A stretch of DNA of 64,000 nucleotides, taken from an uncultured Planctomycetaceae bacterium. GTDB taxonomy: Bacteria > Planctomycetota > Planctomycetia > Planctomycetales > Planctomycetaceae. The stretch covers positions 480,001 through 544,000 of the forward strand of contig CAWFAK010000005.1 of the NCBI GenBank assembly GCA_963813715.1. The letters run 5' to 3'. The notes below the pieces were generated by a model. That model saw only the letters and a list, made by a program, of their open reading frames with translations. It did not search any database and was not told the DNA's origin. The position numbers and the translations under genes were made by a program. Shown piece by piece: positions 1-10,306 of the stretch (positions are counted from its first letter, which is position 1; each line of letters starts with the position of its first letter).

Positions 1-189
1 ATACTCGATCGAATCGCCCGTCATCGTGATGCCGAAGATCGAACCGCCCCAGGCCACCAGCAGCAACAGCACGAACGTACCGACGAACTGCCGGCTCTTG
101 AGCGATTGCCGCACTTCTTTCACGACGATGGCGTTGCAGTGATCTCCAAAGCGTTCCAGCCGACGGATCGCGAGCGGCAGGCTGCTCAT
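1..189 (-). CDS. ABC-2-type permease-like membrane protein (N-terminal part; runs off window)
   Basis: Own translation from ATG at 189: MSSLPLAIRRLERFGDHCNAIVVKEVRQSLKSRQFVGTFVLLLLVAWGG. ATGA overlap with the stop of the ABC ATPase. Confidence 0.7.
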   Translation of the reverse strand, partial: MSSLPLAIRRLERFGDHCNAIVVKEVRQSLKSRQFVGTFVLLLLVAWGGSIFGITMTGDSIEY

Positions 190-1205
190 TGGGTCACCCC
201 CTTGGTGATCGCCAGGAAAGCGTCCTCGAGCGTTTCGCTGCGCCCCCGGAACTCCACGACGTCCAGATTCTCCCGCACCATGAGACGCAGCAGATCGCAC
301 AGGCCCGCCTCGTCGCCGGTGAATTCGAACGTCGCCGTCTGGGCCACCACGGTCACGCCGCTGGCCAGCGGCTGTTCCAGGAGCAGGCGCTCGAGTCGCT
401 CGACGTCGCGGAGCACGCGGACACAGACGGCGGCGCCGGTCGAGCGTCCCTGCGAGGCGCGTTGGGCTTGTTGGATCTCGTCGATCGTCCCGCTAGCCAG
501 GATGCGGCCCGCTTCGATAATGGCGGCCGAATCACAGATTTCACCCAACTCGGTGAGGATATGCGAACTGATCAGCACCGTCTTTTTCAGTTCCCGCGCC
601 AAGAGCCGCACCAGCTCTCGAAGCTCGATCCGGGCTCGAGGATCGAGACCGGCGGCCGGCTCGTCCAGGATCAACACGGCCGGGTCGTTGATCAACGTGC
701 GGGCCAGCCCAAGACGCTGCGACAGGCCCTTCGACAGTGAAATGACCGGCTTTTCGACAAGGGGTTTCAACTCGGTGAAGACAAGCACCCGCTCGACGGC
801 GTCGCGACGGGCCGGCGGCGACAGGTTATAGGCCCGCGCAAAGTAGTCGATGTACTCCAGCACGTTCATGTTGGCGTATTTGCCAAAGCTGTCGGGCATG
901 AAGCCGACAATCTTGCGGACTTTGTCGGGATCGTCGATCACCGAGTAGCCGTTGATGAAGGCGTCGCCCGCCGTGGGCACGTCGAGCGTCGCCAGAATTC
1001 GCATGGCCGTCGTTTTGCCGGCACCGTTAGGGCCGATGAAGCCAATCACCTGCCCGCGATACGCGCGAAACGAGACATCGTTGACGGCTTTCAGCCGGCC
1101 GAAATAGCGGTGCAGATGCCGACACTCGATCGCCGGCGTCGCGTTGCCGTTCGAGGCAACCGCGGGGGCGGGTGGAGTGCCGATTCGGGTTTGGCCGTCG
1201 CTCAT
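186..1205 (-). CDS. ABC transporter ATP-binding protein
   Basis: Walker A GPNGAGKT, signature LSKGLSQR, Walker B LILDEP, H-loop SSH. Confidence 0.95.
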   Translation of the reverse strand: MSDGQTRIGTPPAPAVASNGNATPAIECRHLHRYFGRLKAVNDVSFRAYRGQVIGFIGPNGAGKTTAMRILATLDVPTAGDAFINGYSVIDDPDKVRKIVGFMPDSFGKYANMNVLEYIDYFARAYNLSPPARRDAVERVLVFTELKPLVEKPVISLSKGLSQRLGLARTLINDPAVLILDEPAAGLDPRARIELRELVRLLARELKKTVLISSHILTELGEICDSAAIIEAGRILASGTIDEIQQAQRASQGRSTGAAVCVRVLRDVERLERLLLEQPLASGVTVVAQTATFEFTGDEAGLCDLLRLMVRENLDVVEFRGRSETLEDAFLAITKGVTQ

Positions 1206-1253
1206 GGATCGCGCGTGATTGAGGGATTGAGTGAGTTTTGAAATCGAGACATT

Positions 1254-3389
1254 TCAAAAATATCCGTTCAAGAGATGCAGGCTCATTTCGTCGGACGTCG
1301 CAGGGACGCCCGTTTCCACGCCCGGGTTCTGTCGCAGCACGGCGACGTAGGACCGCGGGGCAAGTCCCTTCTTGCGCGGCAGCTCAATTCGCCAGCGGCC
1401 GATGCGGCTTTCCATCAGATTTCCCGAAAAGTCCGTCATCACGCTGCCGTGCATCATGTAGGCCATCCAGGCGCGGCCGCCGCGAAACGCGCTGGGCGTC
1501 GGCTCGACAAAACCGGTCGGCAACGCGGGGGCATTGCGATTGAGCAGCGCCACGAAGTCCGCCAGGTCGTCGGTCGTGGGCTCGGCGAGCGCGACGGTCG
1601 CGCCGGCGGCGACGGACCGACCCACATAGAAGTGCCCCGACTCGTCGCTCGCGACGACCATCTCCAGTTCCCAAGGAAGCCCGTTCGAGAACTCGGCCTT
1701 GCCCGCAGTCTTCTTCAGCTCGACGCGCGATCGCTGTTCGGCGTTGCGGACGGTGAAGAACTGCGTCCGCGTGCGGGCGGGCAGCCAGCCCGACGTCAGG
1801 TTCTGAGTTTCCGACCAATCGACGTAGCCGCTCGCCGGGTCGTTGGTCGTCGGGATCACCGGATAAACGGCCGTTTCGGGAGAAAACCGCATCCCTCCCG
1901 AAGGACTGACTCCGGCGAAGAGCGCGAGGCGGGCCATTGTCACGGCTGTGTGGTTTCGCTGGTCGAGCACCGTCAGGCTGCGAATCCGCGATTTGGTCGC
2001 AAAGCCATGGGCGGCGACCGAGTAGCCGAGCAGCAGCACGCTGGTGCCGCACGCCAGCGCCGGCACCGTGAACAGCAACAGCCAGAGCATCTTTTTTCGG
2101 GACAGGTAAAGGTAGTTCACCGGCCCGATGAGAATGCTGAACAGCGTGATCAACACCAGAAAGGCGATGGTCGGAACGCCATGGATTCCCGGGTTCATGA
2201 ACTTAAAGAAGTCTTTGGTCCCGATGTGCGGCGAAAAGCCATGACGCACCGTCCAAGACGGCTCTCCACACGATTTGTCGAACCAGAGCCAGTCGTTGAT
2301 CGTGCCCGGAAAGGGATTACCCGGAAATGCGCAGACAGTACCCAACATCAGCGAGCGCGTGCGAAAGGCATCCTTGCCCCCCGGCCAGGGAGGCTCGGGT
2401 GTTTTCGTCTTCGTCGTAGCGGGCTTTGTGGACTTTGGGGCGGAAGATGTCACCGTCGGCATTCCCGGGCCGGTGGAGTAGACCACGCTTGGCGAGCCTT
2501 CCTCTGTCACCGTGATCTCGCCGCTGGGTCGGTTGGTCGGCTCAGGGTGCTGCCACGTCGTCGTCGTCGATTCGGGCGCCTCGATCAGTCGATCGAGCCG
2601 CGAGAGAACATCCGCGTCTTTGCCGACGTCATACACCAGCAGGCTGCCCCCGCTCTGCACCCATTTCAGGATGGCCGTCCGCACGGGATGCTCGAGTCGC
2701 TCCAACTCGTCCCGCGGGATCGCCAGATAGTCGAGACCGCTGTAATCGATCCACGATTCGGGCAACAGGTCCGATGGCACAACGTTGGCCAGCTGGGATG
2801 CGTCGATGGTGCCTCGTCCGTAGCCATAGCCGTAACGGGGGGTCGCGCTGGCGCCGGACTTGTGATTCGCCATATCGACAAAGCGGGCGCAGTCGACGGT
2901 CACCGGAGAAACGACGAGCATGGCCGGCGGCGAGGGACTCAGATACAACCCCGACGGCACAGAGATCGACCGTTGATGACCGTGAAGCGGACTCGACCCA
3001 TCGTAGACGTGCAAGGTTCCGTCTCGCGGTTCCACGAGCGGCACCGAGAGCGTGAAGTGCACCGTGGCATTTTGATCGACGCCGATGGCCCGCCGCACCC
3101 GCACAGAGTTTCCCTCTCCGTACGATTCGAACTCGAAGGTCAGGTCGCGGGGCTTGCCGTGATTGGTCACGCGGACGCGAATCGGCAGGTAACCCCCCTC
3201 CCCTCCTCCGGCCCAGCGCGTGTCGCTACGAATCGTCAGGTCGTCCGCGTTCGTCGTGTGCTCGTTACCCGATCCGAATGCCGGAAGCGGCCCAATGGCC
3301 GCCACCAGCACGAGCACGAGGCCCACCGCGCGCAGGAGGCTCCCGGCGGCGTGCAGGCGAAACCAAAAGTGTGGTCGCTGTGGCTTCAC
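1254..3389 (-). CDS. Membrane/secreted hypothetical protein of the MoxR-ABC operon
   Basis: Long ORF with a signal-like N-terminus and two TM segments (FLVLITLFSILIGPVNYLYL; LWLLLFTVPALA). GTG start at 3389 overlaps the MoxR stop (GTGA). Confidence 0.75.
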   Translation of the reverse strand: MKPQRPHFWFRLHAAGSLLRAVGLVLVLVAAIGPLPAFGSGNEHTTNADDLTIRSDTRWAGGGEGGYLPIRVRVTNHGKPRDLTFEFESYGEGNSVRVRRAIGVDQNATVHFTLSVPLVEPRDGTLHVYDGSSPLHGHQRSISVPSGLYLSPSPPAMLVVSPVTVDCARFVDMANHKSGASATPRYGYGYGRGTIDASQLANVVPSDLLPESWIDYSGLDYLAIPRDELERLEHPVRTAILKWVQSGGSLLVYDVGKDADVLSRLDRLIEAPESTTTTWQHPEPTNRPSGEITVTEEGSPSVVYSTGPGMPTVTSSAPKSTKPATTKTKTPEPPWPGGKDAFRTRSLMLGTVCAFPGNPFPGTINDWLWFDKSCGEPSWTVRHGFSPHIGTKDFFKFMNPGIHGVPTIAFLVLITLFSILIGPVNYLYLSRKKMLWLLLFTVPALACGTSVLLLGYSVAAHGFATKSRIRSLTVLDQRNHTAVTMARLALFAGVSPSGGMRFSPETAVYPVIPTTNDPASGYVDWSETQNLTSGWLPARTRTQFFTVRNAEQRSRVELKKTAGKAEFSNGLPWELEMVVASDESGHFYVGRSVAAGATVALAEPTTDDLADFVALLNRNAPALPTGFVEPTPSAFRGGRAWMAYMMHGSVMTDFSGNLMESRIGRWRIELPRKKGLAPRSYVAVLRQNPGVETGVPATSDEMSLHLLNGYF

Positions 3390-4468
3390 GCCCTGAGATC
3401 CCCGGGAAGGGAGCGATCGACTTGAGGCACCGCTTCCAAGAGACGATCGATCAACCGCACGGTGGTCCAACCCTCGAGACGGGCCGCGTAATCGAGCAAC
3501 AGCCGGTGCTGCAAAACGCTGGCCGTCACGCGGCGGACGTCGTCGAAGCTGACGTTGGGACGCCCGGCCAGCAGGGCCGATCCGCGGGCCGTCTCCGCCA
3601 GCGCGATCGCCGCTCGCGGCGACGCTCCGAACCGCACGAAGCGGCGCACCTCGTCCGGAGCGGCCTCCGATTTCGGATGGCTGGCGTGTACGAGTCTCGC
3701 GATGTAGTTCGCGACGGCCGTGGGCAAATGGATCATGTCGGTCAATTCAAAGAGCCGGCCCAGCTCGGCGGCGGAGATGGCGACCGAGAGTTGCGGGGCC
3801 CGGCCGTGCTTGCGCGTCGAGATGATTTCCTCGAGCGTCGCCGACGAGACCGACTCGACGTTGATCTTGAACGTGAAGCGATCGAGCTGCGCTTCGGGCA
3901 GCGGGTAGGTTCCTTCCAGCTCGATCGGGTTCTGCGTCGCCAGGACGAAAAACGGCCGTGGCAGCGCGTGCGATTCGCCCATCACGGTTACCCGGTGCTC
4001 TTGCATCGCCTCCAGCAGGGCGGACTGCGTCTTCGGAGTGGCCCGGTTGATTTCGTCAGCCAATACCAGGTTCGCGAAGACGGGCCCACGATGAAACACG
4101 AGCTTGCGCGTCCCGCCCTGGTCTTCCAGAATGGGCGAACCGACGATGTCCCCGGGCAACAGGTCAGGTGTGAACTGGACCCGCCGAAACTCCAGCCCCA
4201 GCAACGACGCCAGCGCCTTGACGAGTTCGGTCTTGCCCAACCCGGGCAAACCCTCCAGCAGGATGTGCCCGCGGGCCAACAGGCAGATCACGACCAATTC
4301 CAGCAGCTCGCGTTGGCCGAGGATGGAAGTGCCCAAACCGTCGAGCAGGCGCTGGACTTGAGTTTGCGCTTCTTGCACTTCCGCCGGGGTCAAAAGCCGC
4401 AGTGTGCTCGCAGCGGAAGTCGCTCCGGCGGGTCGCGTCTCGTCAAGGAGTTGGCTCAAGTTCGTCAC
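3386..4468 (-). CDS. moxR: MoxR-family AAA+ ATPase
   Basis: GHILLEGLPGLGKT, RVQFTPDLLPGD, LADEINRATPKTQSALLEAMQE, ATQNPIELEGTYPLPEAQLDRF. Confidence 0.95.
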   Translation of the reverse strand: MTNLSQLLDETRPAGATSAASTLRLLTPAEVQEAQTQVQRLLDGLGTSILGQRELLELVVICLLARGHILLEGLPGLGKTELVKALASLLGLEFRRVQFTPDLLPGDIVGSPILEDQGGTRKLVFHRGPVFANLVLADEINRATPKTQSALLEAMQEHRVTVMGESHALPRPFFVLATQNPIELEGTYPLPEAQLDRFTFKINVESVSSATLEEIISTRKHGRAPQLSVAISAAELGRLFELTDMIHLPTAVANYIARLVHASHPKSEAAPDEVRRFVRFGASPRAAIALAETARGSALLAGRPNVSFDDVRRVTASVLQHRLLLDYAARLEGWTTVRLIDRLLEAVPQVDRSLPGDLRA

Positions 4469-4642
4469 CGAATCCTGGTTTCGCCGGACAGATTGCTGGT
4501 TTCAGGTTGATCGCGGGTGAGGCAACGGGGCAGGCCAGTCGCGCGAGTCGAGTGCGGCCACCTTACCGCAGGGATTGACTCCCGAATCGGTCGGTCGCGC
4601 AGCGCGCAAGCGGAAAACGGGCCGAGCCTGCCATGCGAGTTC

Positions 4643-6061
4643 TCAGCGGTCGTTGCCGGTTGGGGTGCGCGTGTCGAAATAGCGGCGGACTGCGGCACGG
4701 TGCCGCGGACTCAGCGTGCGATTCCAGGTTTGGCGACCGCTCTCGGGCCCCGCGGCTCGACCGGCGGTGCGCGGGGCCGAGGAAGCCGGCTCGACCTCCG
4801 GCGCGGACGCACTTTGCGAAATGATTTCCTTGTCGGGCTGATCCGGCGTTCCGGGCGGCAATATGATCTCTTTGAACTTGGCACCGTTGGCCTCGGCCTC
4901 GTCGCCCCACGTCAGCTTGGCGGCCCCTCCGCCGCGCGTCCCGCCGCGGCCCGCTTTGCCGTCGCGATCCTCTTTGTCGGAGTCGGAATCGTCACCCTCC
5001 GAATCGTCGGGGTCGCCCTCTTTATGGCGTGACTTGGCGATTTTCTTGGACTCGTCTTTGAGGAATTTCTTGAGGTCGCTCAGCATCTTCTCGCGTTCCT
5101 TCGCGTCCTTCGGCAGGCTGAGGTGGTTGTCCTTCATCAGTTGTTGCAGTTTCTTCTGCAGCTCGGGCGACGCCTTGCTGAAGCGGCCGCTCTTCGACAG
5201 TTTGCGCAGCGATTCAGCCACTTCTTGCTCAAGCTGGTCGCGCCGCTCAGCCGACAGCGACGAGGCGTTTTGCTTCGCGTCCTCGCCCAGGCGATCGAGC
5301 GCGTCCTGCGCCTTGGAGGCAGCCATCATTGATTCCTCCGCTCGCACACGCATGGTCTCGCGGAGCGAATCGACGACTTCCCACGATTCGTGAGTGAGCG
5401 GCGTGCTCTTCGTCTCGGCTGCCAGTTTGTCGATCGCCTGCTGGAGGTTTTCCGACTCTTTCTGTTCGAGCACTTCGTTGTCGCGGAGCACTTGCAGCGT
5501 CTGCGCCAGAGACTCGGCCGCCTGCGTGCCAACGAAGTTCGTCCGCAGGCTCTCGGTTCGGGCTTCGCGGAGCGGCACGCAACAGCAGCCGACGACGAAC
5601 AGGACCGGAAGCCACAGCCGGCGCGCCGCCCGCACCGGCCGCAATCGGGGCAAGCCCGTCCGCCAATCCGGATTCTGGGCAGCCAAACATTCGGCCCACC
5701 CAGACTCGACGGCCGTGTGTCCATTAACCCCATGCCCGCCGTTTGACTGGGGGCCGGTCGTCTCGCACAGCGTCATGAGCAGGCCGTTGACACCCGTCTT
5801 CGAATCGAGAAGGGCCACCGCCTGCGAGCGAGAAAAGCCCCGCCGCCGGCTCGTCCACCATGCCCACGCCAAAAGGGGCAGAACCAACGCGGCCAGGCAC
5901 AGCACACCGGGCCACAGACCCGGGCGGGCGAGCTTCACCAGCAAGACCGAGCTGCCCAGAATGAGCAGAAACAGAGCCATCGCGTCGGTGAAGGCCGTCA
6001 AAAAGACCCCCAGCGACAAGCGTCTCCGCTGCCGAGCAATCCACTGTTCAAACTGGTTCAC
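4643..6061 (-). CDS. Hypothetical membrane protein with coiled-coil C-terminal region
   Basis: GTG at 6061 preceded by GGAGG. TM segments followed by an E/K/Q-rich helical region; co-oriented with moxR. Confidence 0.75.
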   Translation of the reverse strand: MNQFEQWIARQRRRLSLGVFLTAFTDAMALFLLILGSSVLLVKLARPGLWPGVLCLAALVLPLLAWAWWTSRRRGFSRSQAVALLDSKTGVNGLLMTLCETTGPQSNGGHGVNGHTAVESGWAECLAAQNPDWRTGLPRLRPVRAARRLWLPVLFVVGCCCVPLREARTESLRTNFVGTQAAESLAQTLQVLRDNEVLEQKESENLQQAIDKLAAETKSTPLTHESWEVVDSLRETMRVRAEESMMAASKAQDALDRLGEDAKQNASSLSAERRDQLEQEVAESLRKLSKSGRFSKASPELQKKLQQLMKDNHLSLPKDAKEREKMLSDLKKFLKDESKKIAKSRHKEGDPDDSEGDDSDSDKEDRDGKAGRGGTRGGGAAKLTWGDEAEANGAKFKEIILPPGTPDQPDKEIISQSASAPEVEPASSAPRTAGRAAGPESGRQTWNRTLSPRHRAAVRRYFDTRTPTGNDR

Positions 6062-6443
6062 GGGCGCCTCCGGCCTGGGACGACGGATCGCGGCGTTGGG
6101 GCAGAGACTTGCGGGTAGACTCGACGATAAAATCCTGGCAGGGCTCTTCCTAAAGAGTTGGCGCAGGTTTTTCGAGAATATCACACTCAACGTCGCTTGG
6201 CGCTACCCGGATCAAGGAATGGGCTACTCACAACGCCCCGTCGGCCAATCTCTAGACGGCGGTTACACTTGGCGAATTCCCGTCTCTTCGCCGCCCTAAT
6301 CGTTGGCTTCGCGGCGGGAACGTTCGCTGGGCTCTCGTCTGGGGACAATTCTTAGGACACGGCATCCAGGGCAATTCGTCTAGCGTACGACGTCGGTTTC
6401 CAGTTGCCGAAAGCACCACCGTTCGCCGATTCAAGGCTTTGAG

Positions 6444-6648
6444 ATGAACCGCGGGCGTCGGGAAATCGTCTGACTGGAATGGGAGCGGGTGACGCCGCTC
6501 GGCGTCGGCGTGACTCCCCTCTGGGACGGGGGTGAACGCGGGCGGCAGCACGATCATCGGCCGCGAGCATCCGGTGCAGAGGCCCTGTCGAACTCGTTCG
6601 CGTTCGGCGGTAACAATGCGTGTATCCTGGGTGGGAAAGTCAGCCTGA
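6444..6648 (+). pseudogene. fabF: Internally deleted beta-ketoacyl-ACP synthase (FabF-like) remnant
   Basis: Allowing single-base indels it reads MNRGRREIVxTGMGAVTPLGVGVTPLWDGVNAGGSTI (KAS N-terminus) joined directly to GREHPVQxALSNSFAFGGNNACILVGKSA* (KAS C-terminus). Confidence 0.75.
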
Positions 6649-6719
6649 GCCGACTTGGCGGTCCGCAAACGCCCCCCAGGAGTCCGGAAATTACCCAATC
6701 GCCGGTGGTTTGGTTCAGC

Positions 6720-6748
6720 TTGCAAATCGTCGCATGGGTCCTGATACT
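6720..6748 (+). promoter_or_regulatory. Putative sigma70-type promoter of tRNA-Met
   Basis: TTGCAA-17 nt-GATACT ending 27 nt upstream of the tRNA. Confidence 0.45.
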
Positions 6749-6775
6749 TTCGGAGCGACTTCGGTCGCGCCATTT

Positions 6776-6849
6776 GGCGGAGTAGCTCAGTCGGTTAGAG
6801 CAGCGGATCCATAATCCGCGTGTCGGGGGTTCAAATCCCTCCTCCGCTA
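6776..6849 (+). tRNA. tRNA-Met (CAT), probably elongator; CCA not encoded
   Basis: Cloverleaf: acceptor GGCGGAG/CTCCGCT, D arm GCTC/GAGC, anticodon stem GCGGA/TCCGC with CAT at 6810-6812, T arm GGGGG-TTCAAAT-CCCTC. Confidence 0.95.
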
Positions 6850-6871
6850 CTCGACGACACGCATAGCAAAC

Positions 6872-7627
6872 TCAGCCCAGTAACGGCCATCGCCCCCCAT
6901 CGGAGAGGTAGCGTCGCATCCGGTCGCATTCCACTGCGACGCCATGGGTCAGCGGCTTCCTGTGTCCGGGGCACAACACTTGAATGTCGAGCGCTAGGCA
7001 GCGTTCCATCGACCGTCGCGCCGTCGGCACGTCCAATGTCACGGGGCGCACCATGAACCGCACCCGGCCACCAATGACCGCCAGCGCATCCCCTGCAAAG
7101 AGAACTCGCTCCGGCCGATAGTAAAAGCTGGCGTGGCCGGGTGTATGACCGGGCGTTTCAACGACCTCGAAGCCGCCAGCGACAATTTGCCCGTCTTTGA
7201 GGTAATCCGCCGCCTGGACCGCCTCAGGGACCGCTTCACCCAACAAGCCGATCAGCAGCACGCCCACTCCCCATTCCGGGACGCGTTTTGCGATCCAACC
7301 CCGGAGCCCGCCCCGGGCGGCCGCTCGCGACAGCCACGGCCGCTCGTCGGCGTGGTAATAAACGGAACAACCTGATCGCCTCTGGATGGCCCTCGCGCCC
7401 GCGGCGTGGTCGTTGTGCCAGTGAGTCAGCAAAACGGCTTTAACAGACTTCTCCGTCTGTCCCATCGCGGCGAGGAGCGCTTGGATGTCCGCACCGGTCG
7501 AGTCCATGCCCGCATCGATGAGTACGACTCCGTCTCGCGTCGTCACGGCGTATGAACACGTCAAGTACGACGGCCGACGAACGCACCAAACGGAATTGGT
7601 TACTTGAAAGACGTGCCGCGCAAACAC
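6872..7627 (-). CDS. MBL-fold metallo-hydrolase
   Basis: THWHNDH, TPGHTPGH, FAGDA and PGH motifs. Confidence 0.9.
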   Translation of the reverse strand: MFARHVFQVTNSVWCVRRPSYLTCSYAVTTRDGVVLIDAGMDSTGADIQALLAAMGQTEKSVKAVLLTHWHNDHAAGARAIQRRSGCSVYYHADERPWLSRAAARGGLRGWIAKRVPEWGVGVLLIGLLGEAVPEAVQAADYLKDGQIVAGGFEVVETPGHTPGHASFYYRPERVLFAGDALAVIGGRVRFMVRPVTLDVPTARRSMERCLALDIQVLCPGHRKPLTHGVAVECDRMRRYLSDGGRWPLLG

Positions 7628-7736
7628 CCGCCCTCAGATCGTGCGGTCCATTACTAACGATCGCGGCGAAGTCGCTCCGCCAACTGCATGTTTCTTGCGC
7701 CCGGAGACGAATCCGCAGCAGAGAAACTGATTGTGT

Positions 7737-8976
7737 CTACTCGTACCGTAGCGACTCAATCGGATCGAGCTGGCTCGCCCGGCGGGCCGGATAGAAGCCG
7801 AAAAAGATGCCGACGGCCGCGGCAAAGAGGAACGCCAGAAGGGCCGCGGTGAATGAGAACTGCTGCGTCCACTTCTGGCCGGCCGAGACGGCGTTGATGA
7901 GCGAGACGATGCCGATCGAGGCTCCCAATCCGAGCAAGAAGCCGATCATTCCGCCGACACAGGAAAGCATCAGGGCCTCGATCAGGAATTGACGGAGAAT
8001 ATCGCCGGGAGTCGCGCCGACCGCCATGCGGATGCCGATCTCGCGGGTCCTCTCGGTCACGGAAACCAGCATGATGTTCATGATGCCGACTCCCCCGACG
8101 ACGAGTGAAATCCCGGCGATACTGGCCAGCATCAGAGTCAGCGTGCCGGTCACGATGCCGAGAACGTTGGCGATTTCGGTCGTATTGACCACCTCGAAGT
8201 CGCGTTGCTGGCCGGGCTGAATGCGGTGTCGCTCATTGAGCAGCTCCTCGATTTCGTGCTGCGCTTGCGTCATCAGCGACGTCGACCGAGCCGAAGCCAG
8301 GATTGCGCTGACGTTATCGAACTCGGATCCCTCGAGTCGCTTGCGGACGGTCGTGACCGGGATGAGCACAATGCTGTCCTGGTCATCTCCAACCATGTTG
8401 GCGCCCTTCGAGGCCAGCACGCCAATCACGCGGAAGGGAATGTTCTTGATGCGGACCGTCTCCCCAATCGGATCGGTCGTCTGGAAGAGCTTGGCAATCA
8501 GCGTGTGGCCGATGACGCAGACCTTATTCGCGCTATGCACATCGCGGTCGGAAAAGAATTCGCCGTTTTCCATCGGCCAGTTGCGGACGGTTAAATAATC
8601 GGCGTTGACCCCGTGAATCTGCTTCGGGCTGTAGTTCGAGCTGCCGAAAATCACCTGCGCGGTCGTCCCGATGAGCGGGGAGGAGGCGAGCACCGACGGG
8701 CAATCTTGTGCGATCGAATCGGAGTCGCGTGCCGTGAGAGTGACTTGGGCTTGCATCACGCCGCTACGTCGGCGAACCGCGGGTTGGACGATGACGACGT
8801 TGGTCCCCAGTGCGGCAAACTGACTTTGGACCAACATGCTGGCGCTTTGGCCCACCGACACCATCGTGGTGACGGCGGCAATGCCGATCACGACGCCGAG
8901 CACGGTCAGTCCGGCTCGCATTTTGTTCTTGGCGAGCGCTGCGCACGGCGATGCGTACTGTAACGGGAGAAATCAT
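7737..8976 (-). CDS. MacB/FtsX-like ABC permease (frameshift ~8940)
   Basis: MRAGLTVLGVVIGIAAV, GGVGIMNIMLVSVTERTREIGIRMAVGA, DPIESLRYE. N-terminus MISPVTVRIAVR lies in another frame. Confidence 0.9.
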
Positions 8977-8995
8977 GGTGTTTCGCGAAGGATGC

Positions 8996-10276
8996 CTACC
9001 AGGAGCTGGGCGGTGGGGGCTGAAAGCCGATCACAAGGACGTCAGCACTTTTAACGGCTCCCGATGCAACTTCCGTGTATTGACCGTCGGTCAGTCCTGT
9101 CTTCACCTCGATGGCCCGCAACAGATCTCCGTCGGTCACCCAGACGTGATGGCGCGACCGTTCCTTGCGGAGCCGCGCCCGTTCCGAGATCGAGAGGGAT
9201 TGCAGCGAGACGCCTTCATTACCGTCCTCGTCGACTTTTGTTTCCTCTTTCCCCTCCAAGATCGGGGCGTCCACCGGTCGCACCTGATTCGCAACCGGAT
9301 AGAAACGCAACGCGGCGTTCGGCACTTTGATGACGTCGGCGCGCTCGTCGACCTGAAACGAAAGACTTGCCGTCATGCCGGGAAGCAATTCGAGGTCTGG
9401 ATTCGAAGTCGTCACCACGACCGGATAGGTGACGACGTTTTGGGCCGTTGTCGAGCTGAGGCGGATCTCCAGGATGGATCCCTTGAATAACTTGTCGGGA
9501 TAAGCGTCGACCGTGAACGTCACGGGATATTTCTTCTTTTGGGCGTCCTTGATCAGGCCGATGTCCGCCTCATCGACCGAGGCGTGGACGTGAATTTCCT
9601 TGCGGATGTCGGGGGCCACGATGAACAGCTCGGGCGTCTGGAACTGGGCCGCAACGGTCTGACCCGGGTCAATTTTGCGATTGATCACAATACCGTCGAC
9701 TGGCGAGCGAATCTCGGTGTAGTTGAGGTTGGCCAGCGACGTGTCGAGCGAGGCTCGAGCCTGATCGACGGTGGCTTGGGCCACCTTGAGCTGGGCCTCT
9801 GACGTCATGCGGGAAAACTTGAATTTGTCGAAATCGGCCTGGCTGATGTACGACGTCCCTCGATTTCGCAAGGCAATGGCTCGTTTCTCGTCCTCGATCG
9901 CCTGCAGCAGCTGTGCCTGCACGCGAAAGACGTCCGATTCCTGGATGGCCAGGGTGGCCCGATCGTGGGCGACGGCTGCCTTGCAAATCTGCGGATCGAT
10001 CTTGGCGAGCAGATCCCCTTTCTTGACCTCTTGATTAAACTCGCAATAGAGTTCCTGGACTGGTCCCGACACGAAAGAGCCGACCGTGACTTCGATCTTG
10101 GGTTTGACTGTCCCCGTGGAGTTGACCACCGCGATAATATTTCCCTGTTCGACCTTGGCCGTGCGCCAGATCGGACGGTTGCGTTTGGCCCAATAATTGG
10201 CGGCCGGACGGTATGCGACAGCCCCGACGGCAGTCAGCACGCCGAGCAGGACGAGTAATCGGAGGAGCGTCTTCAT
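8996..10276 (-). CDS. MacA-like efflux periplasmic adaptor subunit
   Basis: VGSFVSG, VKKGDLLAKIDP, IRSPVDGIV, VDEADIG, LLPGMTA. Alternative start at 10288. Confidence 0.92.
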   Translation of the reverse strand: MKTLLRLLVLLGVLTAVGAVAYRPAANYWAKRNRPIWRTAKVEQGNIIAVVNSTGTVKPKIEVTVGSFVSGPVQELYCEFNQEVKKGDLLAKIDPQICKAAVAHDRATLAIQESDVFRVQAQLLQAIEDEKRAIALRNRGTSYISQADFDKFKFSRMTSEAQLKVAQATVDQARASLDTSLANLNYTEIRSPVDGIVINRKIDPGQTVAAQFQTPELFIVAPDIRKEIHVHASVDEADIGLIKDAQKKKYPVTFTVDAYPDKLFKGSILEIRLSSTTAQNVVTYPVVVTTSNPDLELLPGMTASLSFQVDERADVIKVPNAALRFYPVANQVRPVDAPILEGKEETKVDEDGNEGVSLQSLSISERARLRKERSRHHVWVTDGDLLRAIEVKTGLTDGQYTEVASGAVKSADVLVIGFQPPPPSSW

Positions 10277-10306
10277 GCGAATGAGCATTCTTTTGGAAGG
10301 CGGAAC

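Noticed and set aside
1275..3425. Long antisense ORFs (also 17050-19194, 30825-32315, 58692-59909)
   Set aside because: Shadow frames of real genes, expected in high-GC DNA.
6776..6872. Island integrated at tRNA-Met
   Set aside because: No integrase, and I noticed no duplicate of the tRNA 3' end in the window.
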